Positions 34,953 to 45,319 of a stretch of 64,000 bases of DNA are shown here, piece by piece (within the stretch, counting starts at the first letter, position 1; the number at the start of each line of letters is the position of its first letter). The translations under genes were made by a program, and so were the position numbers. The notes beneath the pieces were generated by a model that saw only the letters and a list, made by a program, of their open reading frames with translations, ran no database searches and was not told the DNA's origin. This stretch comes from Promethearchaeota archaeon Loki_b32 (GTDB lineage Archaea > Asgardarchaeota > Lokiarchaeia > Sigyniarchaeales > SOKP01): the NCBI GenBank assembly GCA_005223125.1, contig NJBH01000001.1, forward strand, positions 45,935-109,934, given 5' to 3'.

Positions 34953-35498
34953 TTAACTGGTTGTAATAAAGCCGAAAACAACAAATATCAGTACACCCAT
35001 AATAAGGCACATTATCCCGTAAATATAATAAGCTCTGAGATATTTATCACTTAAAAACATTAGATCCGTCATATACCAACTCACACATCCACCAATGCCC
35101 CATATAGTTATATCAGTAATTACATTTGCAGCACTATCAAACTCGACTTTAATATCTACCATATAAAGGAGTGTATTTTCAATAACTTCCCAAAGAACTG
35201 CGACAATAACTACAATCATCCAGTAAAGAACAAAACTTTTAAATTCTGGATCGTTGATTGGATCTTTAGGAACACCCGTTAAATTCTTTATTATCCAACC
35301 AAATGTGAATACAAAAACAAAGAGTGCTACACCGCAAAGGAAATGTCCTATTGACCAATAATCAAAGGATGCAATTGAAATATCTGGTGTATCTAATGCG
35401 ACTACTGGAATGTCAAATACAGCAGCAACAATTGGAGTTATAATTACTATTATTAGCAATCCCAACATCATTAAGAGAGGGATATATCTTTTTTCCAT
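34953..35498 (-). CDS. Membrane protein, unknown
   Basis: 181 aa with about 5 TM helices. The conserved-looking 'DYWSIGHFLCG' has no assignment. Confidence 0.5.
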   Translation of the reverse strand: MEKRYIPLLMMLGLLIIVIITPIVAAVFDIPVVALDTPDISIASFDYWSIGHFLCGVALFVFVFTFGWIIKNLTGVPKDPINDPEFKSFVLYWMIVVIVAVLWEVIENTLLYMVDIKVEFDSAANVITDITIWGIGGCVSWYMTDLMFLSDKYLRAYYIYGIMCLIMGVLIFVVFGFITTS

Positions 35499-35696
35499 AA
35501 CTTAAATCACCTAATTATTTCATTTTGATTTGAATTTCATTTATGGTAACATCGAATAAGACGCCCTTAAATTTATAGCTTAACTTTTTCAATAATTTTG
35601 AAAATTTTGAGATAATTGTAATGATAAATGATCCATAAATGCAAGCTTTTTTTATGAATTTGTAAAATTCCAACATAAAACTATTGGAAATTTTTA

Positions 35697-36173
35697 TTAG
35701 AGATTGGTTAAACTATTTTTTCTTTTTTCTACATATTGCTGGTGATACTCCTCAGCTTGCCAAAAATCTGATGCTGAGACAATTTGAGTAACAATCGGGT
35801 TTTTAAATCGCTTAGATGCCTCAAGTTTGGCCTTAAAACTCTCAGCTTTTTCCCTTTGCGCCTCATTAAGATAAAAAATCGCTGATCGATACTGATCGCC
35901 AATATCAGGACCTTGGCGATTCAGAGTTGTAGGATCATGAATCGACCAGAAGATTTCGAGAAGATCATCATATGATACTTTAGATGGATCAAATGTTACT
36001 TCTACAGCTTCAGCATGACCAGTCTTATGAGAACATACTTTCTTATAGGTGGGATTAGAAAAGGGGCCTCCTGTATATCCCACACGAGTAGATACAACAC
36101 CCTCTTTTTTCCTAAAATTTGCTTCTACACCCCAGAAACAGCCTGCTGCAAAAATAGCTCTTTGAGTTCCCAT
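35697..36173 (-). CDS. msrA: Peptide methionine-S-sulfoxide reductase
   Basis: Contains the 'AGCFWGVE' active site and 'GHAEAVEVTFDP...FWSIHDPTTLNRQGPDIGDQYRS'. Confidence 0.95.
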   Translation of the reverse strand: MGTQRAIFAAGCFWGVEANFRKKEGVVSTRVGYTGGPFSNPTYKKVCSHKTGHAEAVEVTFDPSKVSYDDLLEIFWSIHDPTTLNRQGPDIGDQYRSAIFYLNEAQREKAESFKAKLEASKRFKNPIVTQIVSASDFWQAEEYHQQYVEKRKNSLTNL

Positions 36174-36325
36174 AATTTTAAATTAGTAATTTTGAAAGTT
36201 AAACCTAAGGGTAATTTTGTATAAATTAAGTATGAAGATCTGGTTTTTTTTATAAGAGAGTAGAATCAAGGCGTTTAAAGTTTATAATACAAGAATTATA
36301 ATAACAGTAATTCCTTGTCAAATTT

Positions 36326-36724
36326 ATGGAGTCTAAAACGTCTGAAGATAAATGGAAAAAGAAACTAACAAAAGAACAATACCGTGTTCTCCGTAAAAAG
36401 GGAACTGAACCCGCATTTACAGGAAAATATTGGGATTATCATGAAAAAGGTATATACAAATGTGCTGGTTGTGGTACACATTTATTCTCTTCGGAGAAAA
36501 AATTTGATTCTGGATCTGGGTGGCCTAGTTTTGATCAACCCATTGATGAGGTTAATGTAGAAGAAAAATTAGATACAAATTATGGAATGAAAAGAACTGA
36601 AGTCCTTTGTAACAAATGCGGAGGCCATTTGGGACATCTTTTTAATGATGGCCCAAAAACAACAGGGTGTCGATATTGTATTAATTCGATTTCCTTAGAT
36701 TTTCAGCCTGATGCTAAGCATTAA
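36326..36724 (+). CDS. msrB: Peptide methionine-R-sulfoxide reductase
   Basis: Contains '[26 protein letters not shown]', '[21 protein letters not shown]' and 'RYCINS'. Confidence 0.95.
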   Translation: MESKTSEDKWKKKLTKEQYRVLRKKGTEPAFTGKYWDYHEKGIYKCAGCGTHLFSSEKKFDSGSGWPSFDQPIDEVNVEEKLDTNYGMKRTEVLCNKCGGHLGHLFNDGPKTTGCRYCINSISLDFQPDAKH

Positions 36725-38054
36725 TTTTAGTAATATCATGAATTATGAGTTGAATTAAAATTTCATTATGTAATCTCACAAGACTGCTTGAGATTTTAAC
36801 CGATATTAAACTTCCATCTTTATTATAACATTGAATTTCAATAGGTTCTAATTTTTGACCTTTTGCAAGTTTCTCGTATGCATCTTCTAGTTTAGAAAGT
36901 GATTTCGTAGGGAAAGCAATAAGCTCGAGCAGATTTTTTCCAATAAACTCATACCTTTCATATTTAAATAACTTTACAGTCGCAGAATTGCATTCTATTA
37001 TACTGCCTTTAAAGTTCAATAAAATAACAGAATATGGCGAGGTTTCAAGTAAATGATAAAACTTTTCCTTTAATTCTTTTATTTTTAGTATATCTTCTTG
37101 AATTCTTTCTTTTAGGTCGTTACTTAAATCTTCGCATTTGACTTTCGAGGCTAATAATTTTTCTTCTAATTTTTTACGTTCAGTGATATTTCTAATAACA
37201 CCGATAAATTTAATAGCTCCTTGCTCTTTATAGACACCTCCTCTTGTAGCCACGGGAATATAGTAGCCATCTTTATGGCATGCTCTATACTCAGCATAAA
37301 TAATTTCTTCTTTTATAATTGCTTCTTTCATTTTTGTTCTTACCAAAGGTAAATCTTCTGGATGTATAAAATCAAATGCATTTAATCCAATTAGCTCTTT
37401 AGAATGATACCCAAGAATACCATATGATTGAGGGGATAAAAAAGTAAAAATTCCATCTGAATTGATTTCAACAGTAACATCTAATATATTATTAATTACT
37501 TTTTCAAAAATCTCATAGGATTTCTTTATTTCATCAATGTATTCTTTTTTCCTACCAAGATCACTCTGTTTATCTATTGGTTTGAAAATTTTATAATGAA
37601 TTTTGAAATTTTTTAATAGTTCTTCTACAACACTAAGTTTTGCTAAATCATTAGGAGAAATCTCAATTAATGGAGTAGGTTCAGGAATTTCAATTATGGT
37701 GAAAAGGATTGCTAATCTATCATTATAATAAAAAATTTTCGAAAAGACTTCAATCCATTTGAATTCACCTGATCTTAATAATATTCGACATTTATACCTT
37801 GTTGTGTTGTTTTTCTTCTCTTTTAACTTACTCTCAATTTGTTTTTTAACTTTAGATAAATCATCGGGATGGATTACTCTCATCCAGAAATCTTTTTCTT
37901 GAATTTCGTCAAAAGAATATCCGAAGAGTTTCAAAATTGTGTTATTCACATATATAATTCTATCATCTTGAAGTACTCCGATTCCCAATAACGAATTTTC
38001 AATAAACTCTTTCTCAGAAAAAATATTTTTACATATATCTTGATAATTAATCAT
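36714..38054 (-). CDS. Multi-PAS-domain protein without recognisable output domain
   Basis: There are three PAS-like units: '[21 protein letters not shown]', '[21 protein letters not shown]...[13 protein letters not shown]' and '[23 protein letters not shown]'. No kinase H-box or HTH is seen. Its 3' end overlaps msrB by 11 nt. Confidence 0.75.
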   Translation of the reverse strand: MINYQDICKNIFSEKEFIENSLLGIGVLQDDRIIYVNNTILKLFGYSFDEIQEKDFWMRVIHPDDLSKVKKQIESKLKEKKNNTTRYKCRILLRSGEFKWIEVFSKIFYYNDRLAILFTIIEIPEPTPLIEISPNDLAKLSVVEELLKNFKIHYKIFKPIDKQSDLGRKKEYIDEIKKSYEIFEKVINNILDVTVEINSDGIFTFLSPQSYGILGYHSKELIGLNAFDFIHPEDLPLVRTKMKEAIIKEEIIYAEYRACHKDGYYIPVATRGGVYKEQGAIKFIGVIRNITERKKLEEKLLASKVKCEDLSNDLKERIQEDILKIKELKEKFYHLLETSPYSVILLNFKGSIIECNSATVKLFKYERYEFIGKNLLELIAFPTKSLSKLEDAYEKLAKGQKLEPIEIQCYNKDGSLISVKISSSLVRLHNEILIQLIIHDITKINA

Positions 38055-38590
38055 TATTTTCTTTCACAATATTAGAAACATTTTGTTTAAAATAGGATCA
38101 AATTCAAGGTATAAAACAAAATCATTCTATAATATTAATTATTTTAAGATTATAAAAAGACTTAAAGATTTTTTTTATTTTGTCTCAATTAGAACGTAAT
38201 AATTATTATAGGGATCATTCCAAATAAGTAAATCGTTGTTAAAAAAAAAGTTATTTTCTCATGTACCATACGCTATGAGAATAATGAAACACTAGGAAAC
38301 TATACTAAACCTTTAAGAGATCTTTTTATAAACAATTTTACTAATTTTTTACTGAGGTATCCAGTTGTAAAAATATCCGCGAATTCTAATAGGTCAAGAT
38401 ATAATCTGAGTTTAATGAGTTCTTTTGTGTTTGATTGGTTAGATGATATCTTCGAGTAAATAGGCTCTAATAACATAATCTAAATTTTTTTTTATTATTT
38501 TTAATTTATGATATGGGAAAAATTATACCTTATACTTTAAATAGAATTTTGATCTAAATTTTCTATCATCGCTTTATTTTTTAGATTTCT

Positions 38591-38619
38591 AAAAATGTGG
38601 AATTTATTTCCACATTTTT
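38591..38619. repeat. Perfect 12-bp inverted repeat with 5-nt loop
   Basis: Reads aaaaatgtggaa-tttat-ttccacattttt. It sits inside a ~940-bp gene-free stretch. Confidence 0.9.
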
Positions 38620-38678
38620 ATTAATCACAATTTTTTACTTTAGCTCAGACAATCTAATAAATAAAAAAGCGATATTAA

Positions 38679-38918
38679 GTTAAGAACTTCTATTATGATA
38701 AGGCTATATCTGCATCTACTTATGTTTTTAGAACTTTAATGCAATTAATGGATACATCAAAATTTCTTTTTGGCAGTGATTATCCTTTTATTCATGAAAT
38801 CGTAATAAAAGAAATTACTTAAGGGATTGGTAATTACAATGGACTCAATAATGAAGAGTATATTGCAATTGAACAAAAAAACGCTCTCTCACTTTTTCCT
38901 CGATTAAAAAATAATTAG
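38679..38918 (+). pseudogene. Amidohydrolase-2-family C-terminal remnant
   Basis: Reads 'FYYDKAISASTYVFRTLMQLMDTSKFLFGSDYPFIHEIVIKEIT*GIGNYNGLNNEEYIAIEQKNALSLFP'. 'FGSDYPF' and '...I...NA..LF' are the family's last motifs. It has an in-frame TAA and no N-terminal body. Confidence 0.55.
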
Positions 38919-38993
38919 GTAAAATTAAAATTTTTTAATACTAAAAGTTTATTACATTACAATAGTAGAAAAATTAAAGCTCCAAATACTAAA

Positions 38994-39389
38994 ATGTCAG
39001 ATGAAGAACTTCGGGATCAAATTAATAAAATAGCAGTTGAGATTGAGAAAATTGAACAAACTGCAAAACAAAAGGAAACTTATGTTAAAAATAGAATTAG
39101 TGAAGAATTTGATGCAAAAATTAGTGAAATCGAAACAGAATTGCAGAAAGAACAAGCGATACTCGATGAAATTGTTAAAAGTATCAATGAATTAGCAATA
39201 AATAAGAAGGAAATGATTCCTGTCGTAAAAAATTTAGAACAAAAATATAAAAATTTGAAAAAAGATAAAGAAAAAGCCTTAAATGAGCAATTAAAGTCAA
39301 TTATTAAGGAAAAGAAAGTTAAATCGAAAATAATTGACCAAAAAATAAAACTGCTAGAAAAGAAATTAAAAGCAACAGAGAAGAAATAA
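38994..39389 (+). CDS. K/E-rich coiled-coil protein (paralogue A)
   Basis: 131 aa with heptad-rich sequence. 'EKIEQTAKQKETYVKNRISEEFDAKISEIETEL' aligns with 44895..45230. Confidence 0.5.
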   Translation: MSDEELRDQINKIAVEIEKIEQTAKQKETYVKNRISEEFDAKISEIETELQKEQAILDEIVKSINELAINKKEMIPVVKNLEQKYKNLKKDKEKALNEQLKSIIKEKKVKSKIIDQKIKLLEKKLKATEKK

Positions 39390-39470
39390 TTTTTCAATTA
39401 AAGATTTCTACCAAAAATGGAGATAATTATTTAAATAAAGTTTGATTCATATTGTTATTCTATTTTAGAG

Positions 39471-39950
39471 ATGGTAAAAATGTCATATACACAATCTCCA
39501 CATCTATATGATAATGAAATTGAAGAATTTCTAAAAACTGCCAAGATTGCAAGAATCTGTTCTCATAATAAAGATGGTACTATTCATGCTGTACCAGTAT
39601 GGTTCGATTATGATAATGGAAAAATAATAATAGGAACTCCTAAAGCTAGCCGTAGAGCTAGAAATATAAAACATAATAATAATGTAACTGTGTTAATTGA
39701 CGAAATTGGTCCACCAACTAGAGCAGCTATAATTTATGGTAAAGCAAGTATGGATGGAGAAGATATGGATAAAGTAGCTCATTCTATATTCAGCAGGTAT
39801 ATGTCTGAAGAAGAAGCGAGAGGTTATTGGAAAGGATTATCAGAATTAACAGAGTGGGTAAAAATTATAGTAGAACCTATTCATATAGCTTCTTTTGATT
39901 ATAGTAAAGATACAAAGTACTTAGATGCTACAAAAAAGTATATCTCTTAA
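39471..39950 (+). CDS. Pyridoxamine 5'-phosphate oxidase-like (split-barrel flavin/F420) family protein
   Basis: 'EFLKTAKIARICSHNKDGTIHAVPVWFDYDNGKIIIGTPKASRRARNIKHNNNVTVLIDE' is the typical PNPOx-like N-terminal barrel. Confidence 0.65.
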   Translation: MVKMSYTQSPHLYDNEIEEFLKTAKIARICSHNKDGTIHAVPVWFDYDNGKIIIGTPKASRRARNIKHNNNVTVLIDEIGPPTRAAIIYGKASMDGEDMDKVAHSIFSRYMSEEEARGYWKGLSELTEWVKIIVEPIHIASFDYSKDTKYLDATKKYIS

Positions 39951-40307
39951 AGAGAGATAATGAGATTTTTACTAATTAAGCTTTAATATTAAATTATTCT
40001 AAGATATAGAAAAATAACTGATTTTTTAATTAACATGTTAGATAATGAAAATTTGAAACAAATACTAAAAGATGAGATTTTTAAACTACGAAATTTAGGA
40101 GAACATGCCAGAGGAGGTTAGCATATTTTAAAGATACTGAGGGTATAGTGACAGGTATTATGCAAGAAGATCCAAATGTTAAATTTTTAATTTTTTTTTA
40201 CACAAACATCATATAGATACTAAAAAAGCTGAATATTAAAAATAAGAAGTCTATTATACATATAAAGAAAATAGTGGAAAAACAAAAATTAGGGATTACA
40301 TTTAATT

Positions 40308-40691
40308 ATGATAAAGTCAGTATTAGTCTGTGATTCGGAGGGATATCCCTTTTACTCACGGAAAATTGATTCGAATATGGGTGAAATTGACCCAACAATA
40401 TTTAGTGGCTTGATTTCGGCAATTGGGGCAATTGGAAAGGAGTTATTTAAGGAGGAAATTGCCACAATTACTTATGGTGAAAAATATGAAATAACAATTA
40501 TCACAAAAGAATTGTTTGGTAATCAAAAATCCATTTACTTTGTCTTTTTAATTGAAGGAGATGCTGATCTTAAATTGATGAAACAACTAAGCACTAATAT
40601 ATTCATTGAAACTAAAAATGTTTTAAAAGATCCCTTATCTGCTAGGCAAGACATCAAGGAAAAAGTAGATAGAATACTTAATAAATTATAA
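40308..40691 (+). CDS. Stand-alone longin/roadblock-like small protein
   Basis: 127 aa. 'IKSVLVCDSEGYPFYSRKI...DPTIFSGLISAIGAIGKELF...YEITIITKE...IYFVFLIEGDAD' shows the beta-beta-alpha-beta-beta-beta-alpha pattern seen in longin/sigma-adaptin/roadblock folds. Confidence 0.5.
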   Translation: MIKSVLVCDSEGYPFYSRKIDSNMGEIDPTIFSGLISAIGAIGKELFKEEIATITYGEKYEITIITKELFGNQKSIYFVFLIEGDADLKLMKQLSTNIFIETKNVLKDPLSARQDIKEKVDRILNKL

Positions 40692-40816
40692 TCGTCTTGG
40701 GATAAAGGTTACCTTTTATCGTATTTTGCATATATTCCTGAAATTTGATTCTTTTTATAAAAATCTGAAAGAATAACCAATTTACAGATTTGTGAGAATA
40801 TTTATAAAGACTGAAA

Positions 40817-42904
40817 ATGAAATCACTAATCATGGAATCAATTAACAATTTTATTAAAAAATTCAATTCTGAGATTGCACTATTAACGGTGATGTTTTTA
40901 TTCTTTTTCCAATTAGTTGGTGCTTTAATTGAATCTATATACATGTTAGATCTCCTAAATTTAGAACTAGATGAAAAAATAGCAGGATTATTTTTCTTAT
41001 TTAGTCCAATTATTATACTAGCATTTAGAAAACAGATTCCTAACTACTTTCTTGAAGTTGTAGCTATAGTAGCAATAATTTCACGTTTAATTTCTCCATT
41101 AATGAATTCCGCGAACAGAATTATAACTTCAGGGTTAGGTGTAGGATGTTTTATGCTTTTCTTACCAGCATATTTCTATCAATCTATAGTAAATCAAAAT
41201 ACAGATAAAGGGGAAAGAGTAAGTTTAAAACTTGGGATTGGCCTTGCTTCGGCTATTTTGCTTTCGATTACATTCAGGGCACTCAATTCAACCGTTGATA
41301 TTTCAATTTATGGCTTTTTTCAAATTCTTGGGTGGTTTCTTGCCATAATTGCAGGTCTAATAATATTCAATCGAATAATGGAGCAAAAAACAGAGAGTTC
41401 TTCAAAAACTCTAGAAGAGGGAAAACATTTGTCTCAAGGAGAAGAATTAAGAAAGGTTGGGCGATTTAAAGGAGTTAAACTGCTATCTCTTGGATTATTA
41501 AGTATATTAACTCTCAGTTTTTTTGCTTTTATCAGTCCTACTGTTATTTCAAGATGGACAGAAGGAGATTATGTGACTATCACTATTGCTGTCGCAGTGA
41601 TGATTGCTGTAACCATAAGTATTTTAGCATTCAAACCAAATATTCTTGGAAGGTTAAATTCAAGGATACTGTGGATATGGAATGCTTTATTTATTGTTTC
41701 ACTTGTTTTAACAATCGTAGTGCATACTTTTCCATTTCCCCCTGGTCCTTTTTCAGCACCCGTAGTCATAGGTCGCCCATTTGGTTGGTATTATTATATT
41801 CCTTTAGTGTTAATGATAGCATTATTACCTATAGTCTTTATGGATTTTACGCTCTTGAGTCGAGAACTTATTAGACAAAAGCCAAAGCCGTCAAAGATAG
41901 GGGCAGGTTTCGTGGTAGGCAGTTTATTTTTCATTTTAGCATCATTCATGCTAATATTTACAAATGTTTGGGGTTATATAGATCCAGTGAGTCAATATTT
42001 TCGTAATTTATTCTGGCTTCCCTTCTTATTAGTAGGAATCGCAATTCCAATTATGGGAAAGGCAATCTTTAAGAAACGATTGTTAGAGTTCAAGTCGATC
42101 TTTACTAATATAACGGAGAAAAGAATAATAGCATCATTTTTAATCATCTTACTAATTGGAACTAGTGTGTCAGTACTAGCCTGGGAATTACGTCCTAAAT
42201 CACAAGATACAAGTGGGATAACCTCACTTACAGTAATGACATACAACATTCAGCAGGGCGTGGATATAGATGGGAATAAAAATTATGATAACCAGTTAGC
42301 CGTTATTAAGGCAATTGATCCAGATATTATCGGTCTACAAGAATGTGACACAGCAAGAATGAGTCACGGTAGTTCAGATGTTGTACGTTATTTTGCGAAT
42401 CAACTGAATTATTATTCGTTTTACGGTCCAAGAACAGTTACAGGAACGTATGGAGCAGCAGTTCTTTCACGATTTCCAATAATAAATGCGAAAACATTCT
42501 TTACTTACAGCGATGTGGATGAAGTTGGCACAACTGAGGTCCAAATTAAAGTGGGCACTACCATATTTAATGTATATGTAAGCCATCCTGCGGGAAGTGA
42601 TGAGGTACATTTAGCACATATGCAAGCATTAATGGATCGTATCAGTGGTAAAACAAATGTAATCTCTATGGGCGATTTTAATGCTGAAAATGATACAATT
42701 TATTATGGTATGTCTATAGCGGTATTACAAGATGTTTGGGTGACCGCTGCATCGCGAGGGGTAGACGGTACTAGTTTAGTTTTATCAGAACGTATAGATC
42801 ACATTTTTGTATCTCTTAGTTTTACAGTTTCAGAAACTCGATATATTAGCGTTCCTGAATCTGAATCTGATCATCCAGCACTGTGGACGGAAATCCATTT
42901 TTAA
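40817..42904 (+). CDS. Polytopic membrane protein with C-terminal endonuclease/exonuclease/phosphatase (EEP) domain
   Basis: The N-terminal ~460 aa has about 11-12 TM helices. The C-terminus has 'LTVMTYNIQQG', 'IIGLQECD', 'MGDFN' and 'DHIFVS...SDHPALWTEIHF', which are the EEP catalytic motifs. Confidence 0.75.
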   Translation: MKSLIMESINNFIKKFNSEIALLTVMFLFFFQLVGALIESIYMLDLLNLELDEKIAGLFFLFSPIIILAFRKQIPNYFLEVVAIVAIISRLISPLMNSANRIITSGLGVGCFMLFLPAYFYQSIVNQNTDKGERVSLKLGIGLASAILLSITFRALNSTVDISIYGFFQILGWFLAIIAGLIIFNRIMEQKTESSSKTLEEGKHLSQGEELRKVGRFKGVKLLSLGLLSILTLSFFAFISPTVISRWTEGDYVTITIAVAVMIAVTISILAFKPNILGRLNSRILWIWNALFIVSLVLTIVVHTFPFPPGPFSAPVVIGRPFGWYYYIPLVLMIALLPIVFMDFTLLSRELIRQKPKPSKIGAGFVVGSLFFILASFMLIFTNVWGYIDPVSQYFRNLFWLPFLLVGIAIPIMGKAIFKKRLLEFKSIFTNITEKRIIASFLIILLIGTSVSVLAWELRPKSQDTSGITSLTVMTYNIQQGVDIDGNKNYDNQLAVIKAIDPDIIGLQECDTARMSHGSSDVVRYFANQLNYYSFYGPRTVTGTYGAAVLSRFPIINAKTFFTYSDVDEVGTTEVQIKVGTTIFNVYVSHPAGSDEVHLAHMQALMDRISGKTNVISMGDFNAENDTIYYGMSIAVLQDVWVTAASRGVDGTSLVLSERIDHIFVSLSFTVSETRYISVPESESDHPALWTEIHF

Positions 42905-42922
42905 TTATAACTTTTTTTTTAT

Positions 42923-43804
42923 TTAGAGCCATTTTACTTTAAGAGGTTTTCGAGCGGGTATTCTGTAATAGCGTGCTTTTGGATATCCTATTGCTAGTGT
43001 GTATCCCGCTTTATGTTTTATTGGGAGCTTTACAATTTTCGCAATTGACCTCAGAGTATTGAAAAAATTATTGATATATCCTAAAGAGCAAGTACCTAAT
43101 CCTAATGTTTCAGCAGCTAACATGACTTGACAGGCTGCTAGTGCGCAATTCTCTTCTAATGATAAAGCGGTCTTAGGTGAATGGATTATTATAAGTTCAG
43201 CATCCCATCGCCATACTTCTTCGCCAAGTTTTACTATATTTAATTTTCTTTTAAATGCGGGAATGACTTCTTCAAGTTTTCTTATAAGTTCGAGAGAAAA
43301 AGTTTTTTCTAAGGTTTTTTTTCCATCAGGATTTTCAAAAGTATCAACAAGATTCTTTATTTGAATGTTTATTTCATTTGATAACTTCTTAAGGGTTTCA
43401 CGATCTTGAACAACTGTAAAATGAACATTTTCTTGATTATGCCCTGTTGGAGAATATCTTCCTACTATATTTAATATTTTTTCAATTAATTCTTTTGGAA
43501 CAGGTTTATCTTTAAATTGCCTTCGAGATCGTCTCGTTTGAAAAAGATTTGTCAATATTTCGAAAGATGGCAAATCTTCTTTGGGGGGAACAATCTTGAG
43601 AACCTTATCCTTATGGATTTTGAGTCGTATCGCATTAACTGGACAAACAGCAACGCACTTTCCACACTCAAGACAAAATTCATCCGCTTCATCAACAAGG
43701 CATAAGTTTTCTGCGTCAAAATAATAATATCGACATTCTTCTATGCAGGCTTTGCATTTAGTGCAAGAATCTATATCTACAACTATTTTGGAATTTTCTA
43801 ACAT
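42923..43804 (-). CDS. Ferredoxin-nitroreductase fusion protein
   Basis: The N-terminus has 'CTKCKACIEEC' and 'CLECGKCVAVCPVNAI' (2x4Fe-4S). This is followed by 'RRSRRQFKDKPVPKELIEKIL...SPTGHNQENVHFTVV', which is the nitroreductase fold. Confidence 0.75.
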   Translation of the reverse strand: MLENSKIVVDIDSCTKCKACIEECRYYYFDAENLCLVDEADEFCLECGKCVAVCPVNAIRLKIHKDKVLKIVPPKEDLPSFEILTNLFQTRRSRRQFKDKPVPKELIEKILNIVGRYSPTGHNQENVHFTVVQDRETLKKLSNEINIQIKNLVDTFENPDGKKTLEKTFSLELIRKLEEVIPAFKRKLNIVKLGEEVWRWDAELIIIHSPKTALSLEENCALAACQVMLAAETLGLGTCSLGYINNFFNTLRSIAKIVKLPIKHKAGYTLAIGYPKARYYRIPARKPLKVKWL

Positions 43805-43961
43805 TTTTAAATCTCAATTAAAATAATATTACTATGATTTACCATGTAATAATATTAATTCTTTAGTATTTCTAAGCGGAAATTTTTAAAAAATTTTTAT
43901 AAAAGCCGTGAATTCTTTTTCCAAATCTAATATCAAAATATAAAGATAAAGAAAAAAATGG

Positions 43962-44171
43962 ATGGTAATATTAATGCCAGAATTTAAAGTACTTACTTAT
44001 ATCCAACCAATGAAGCAATCTAAAAAGGATTTCCATCCTTATGAATTTGAGAAAATGGTTAATCAACATCTTCAAGAAGGGTGGAAGATAATAAATTGTG
44101 ATGGCATTTTTTTGGGAGGAGTTAGCCCAGCAAATGGCATGCACTATTGCGCATATTTAATAAAAGAATAA
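43962..44171 (+). CDS. Small hypothetical protein (DUF1737-like?)
   Basis: 69 aa. 'FEKMVNQHLQEGWKIIN...' recalls DUF1737. Weak call. Confidence 0.3.
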   Translation: MVILMPEFKVLTYIQPMKQSKKDFHPYEFEKMVNQHLQEGWKIINCDGIFLGGVSPANGMHYCAYLIKE

Positions 44172-44230
44172 TTTTAAATAAAAAAAAAATCTTTTTAAAT
44201 TTTCAATGTTAACAAAAATATAACAAATAT

Positions 44231-44737
44231 TTACTCGTCCCATATATAAGTAGACTCACAATACTCATTGCCTTGCATTAAGGTTTTTGAACGCATCAAT
44301 TTAAGTTTAGGATGAAATGTCTTAGCCATTGCATAATCAGGATAACAACACATGGGATAACCAAGACCAGGTTCATTAATTTTTAAGAATGTTTTAGCCC
44401 AGAGACACTTAGTAAATCTAATTATTAATTTTTTAGGTGAATCTTCAGCGATAGTAAATTCAAGACAATGTTGCATGAAATCGGTGCTCATTTGTTCTTT
44501 ATATATTTCTTTAAATTCTTCAAAATTATCGATTGGTTTCTTATCTTTCAATAACCTCAAAATTAAAGCTCTACTCTTTTTTTTATAGAGTTCTTTAATC
44601 TTTTCTAGCGCATTCATTTCGTCCATGATTGGAGTTAAAGCTCTTATCATTTCAGTAATCCCATTAAATCGTGTTCTAAAATAATCTTCATATGATATTT
44701 CAAATGTTTCTTTAGATTTTTCATCTATATCTGGCAT
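44231..44737 (-). CDS. ATC-hydrolase family protein
   Basis: 'CLWAKTFLKINEPGLGYPMCCYPDYAMAKTFHPKLKLMRSKTLMQGNEYCESTYIW' matches the family's C-terminal signature. Confidence 0.6.
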   Translation of the reverse strand: MPDIDEKSKETFEISYEDYFRTRFNGITEMIRALTPIMDEMNALEKIKELYKKKSRALILRLLKDKKPIDNFEEFKEIYKEQMSTDFMQHCLEFTIAEDSPKKLIIRFTKCLWAKTFLKINEPGLGYPMCCYPDYAMAKTFHPKLKLMRSKTLMQGNEYCESTYIWDE

Positions 44738-44894
44738 AATATATCTCCTTCCTTTTTATGATTTTCTTAAAATAAATTTTCTCATATATTTCTAGGTTAT
44801 TCATTATAATCCAAAAGAGAATTAAACTTTTTTATAATAATTCAATAAATAATTTTGTATAAACTATTTATTTATCAAGAGGAATATTAGTAAT

Positions 44895-45230
44895 ATGGAG
44901 AATGATATTAAGAAAATAGAAGAAGGAGCGAAAAAAAAAGAAAATTATATTAAAGAGAGAACCAATAAGGAATATGCTCCTAAAATCGATGAAATTGAAT
45001 CAAAACTAGGTCCTATACGCAATGAGTTTAATGCGGTTGAAAAATCCCTCGATGAGTTAGAATTAAAGATGAAAGAGTTAAAAAAAAGGAAGAGGGAATT
45101 GATTATCGCAGCACAACCTCTAATGAAAGATCTAAAAAATGTGAAAAAAGAAAAGAAAAAATTCTTAAACAAGGAATTAAAGGCAATCGCTAAAGAAAAG
45201 AATATTAAAAAGAAAGTTATTGAAAAATAA
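44895..45230 (+). CDS. K/E-rich coiled-coil protein (paralogue B)
   Basis: 'KKIEEGAKKKENYIKERTNKEYAPKIDEIESKL...' aligns with 38994..39389. Confidence 0.5.
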   Translation: MENDIKKIEEGAKKKENYIKERTNKEYAPKIDEIESKLGPIRNEFNAVEKSLDELELKMKELKKRKRELIIAAQPLMKDLKNVKKEKKKFLNKELKAIAKEKNIKKKVIEK

Positions 45231-45319
45231 TCAATGTATTTTTACTATTTTCTAGCTTTTTAGTACTAAAATTAAAAAGAGTTTTTTTCATATTTTATTT
45301 TAAAATTTTAAATTTAGCC

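Noticed and set aside
39080-39397. Minus-strand 105-aa ORF antisense to coiled-coil gene A (likewise 44945..45172 antisense to gene B, and 45867..46400 antisense to the MCP gene).
   Set aside because: Low-complexity F/S-rich translations mirror K/E-rich or A/S/T-rich sense genes, so these are shadow ORFs.
40112-40185. Possible VOC/glyoxalase C-terminal scrap ('AYFKDTEGIVTGIMQEDPNVK').
   Set aside because: Only ~20 residues of similarity with no supporting upstream frame, so it is too short to call even as a pseudogene.
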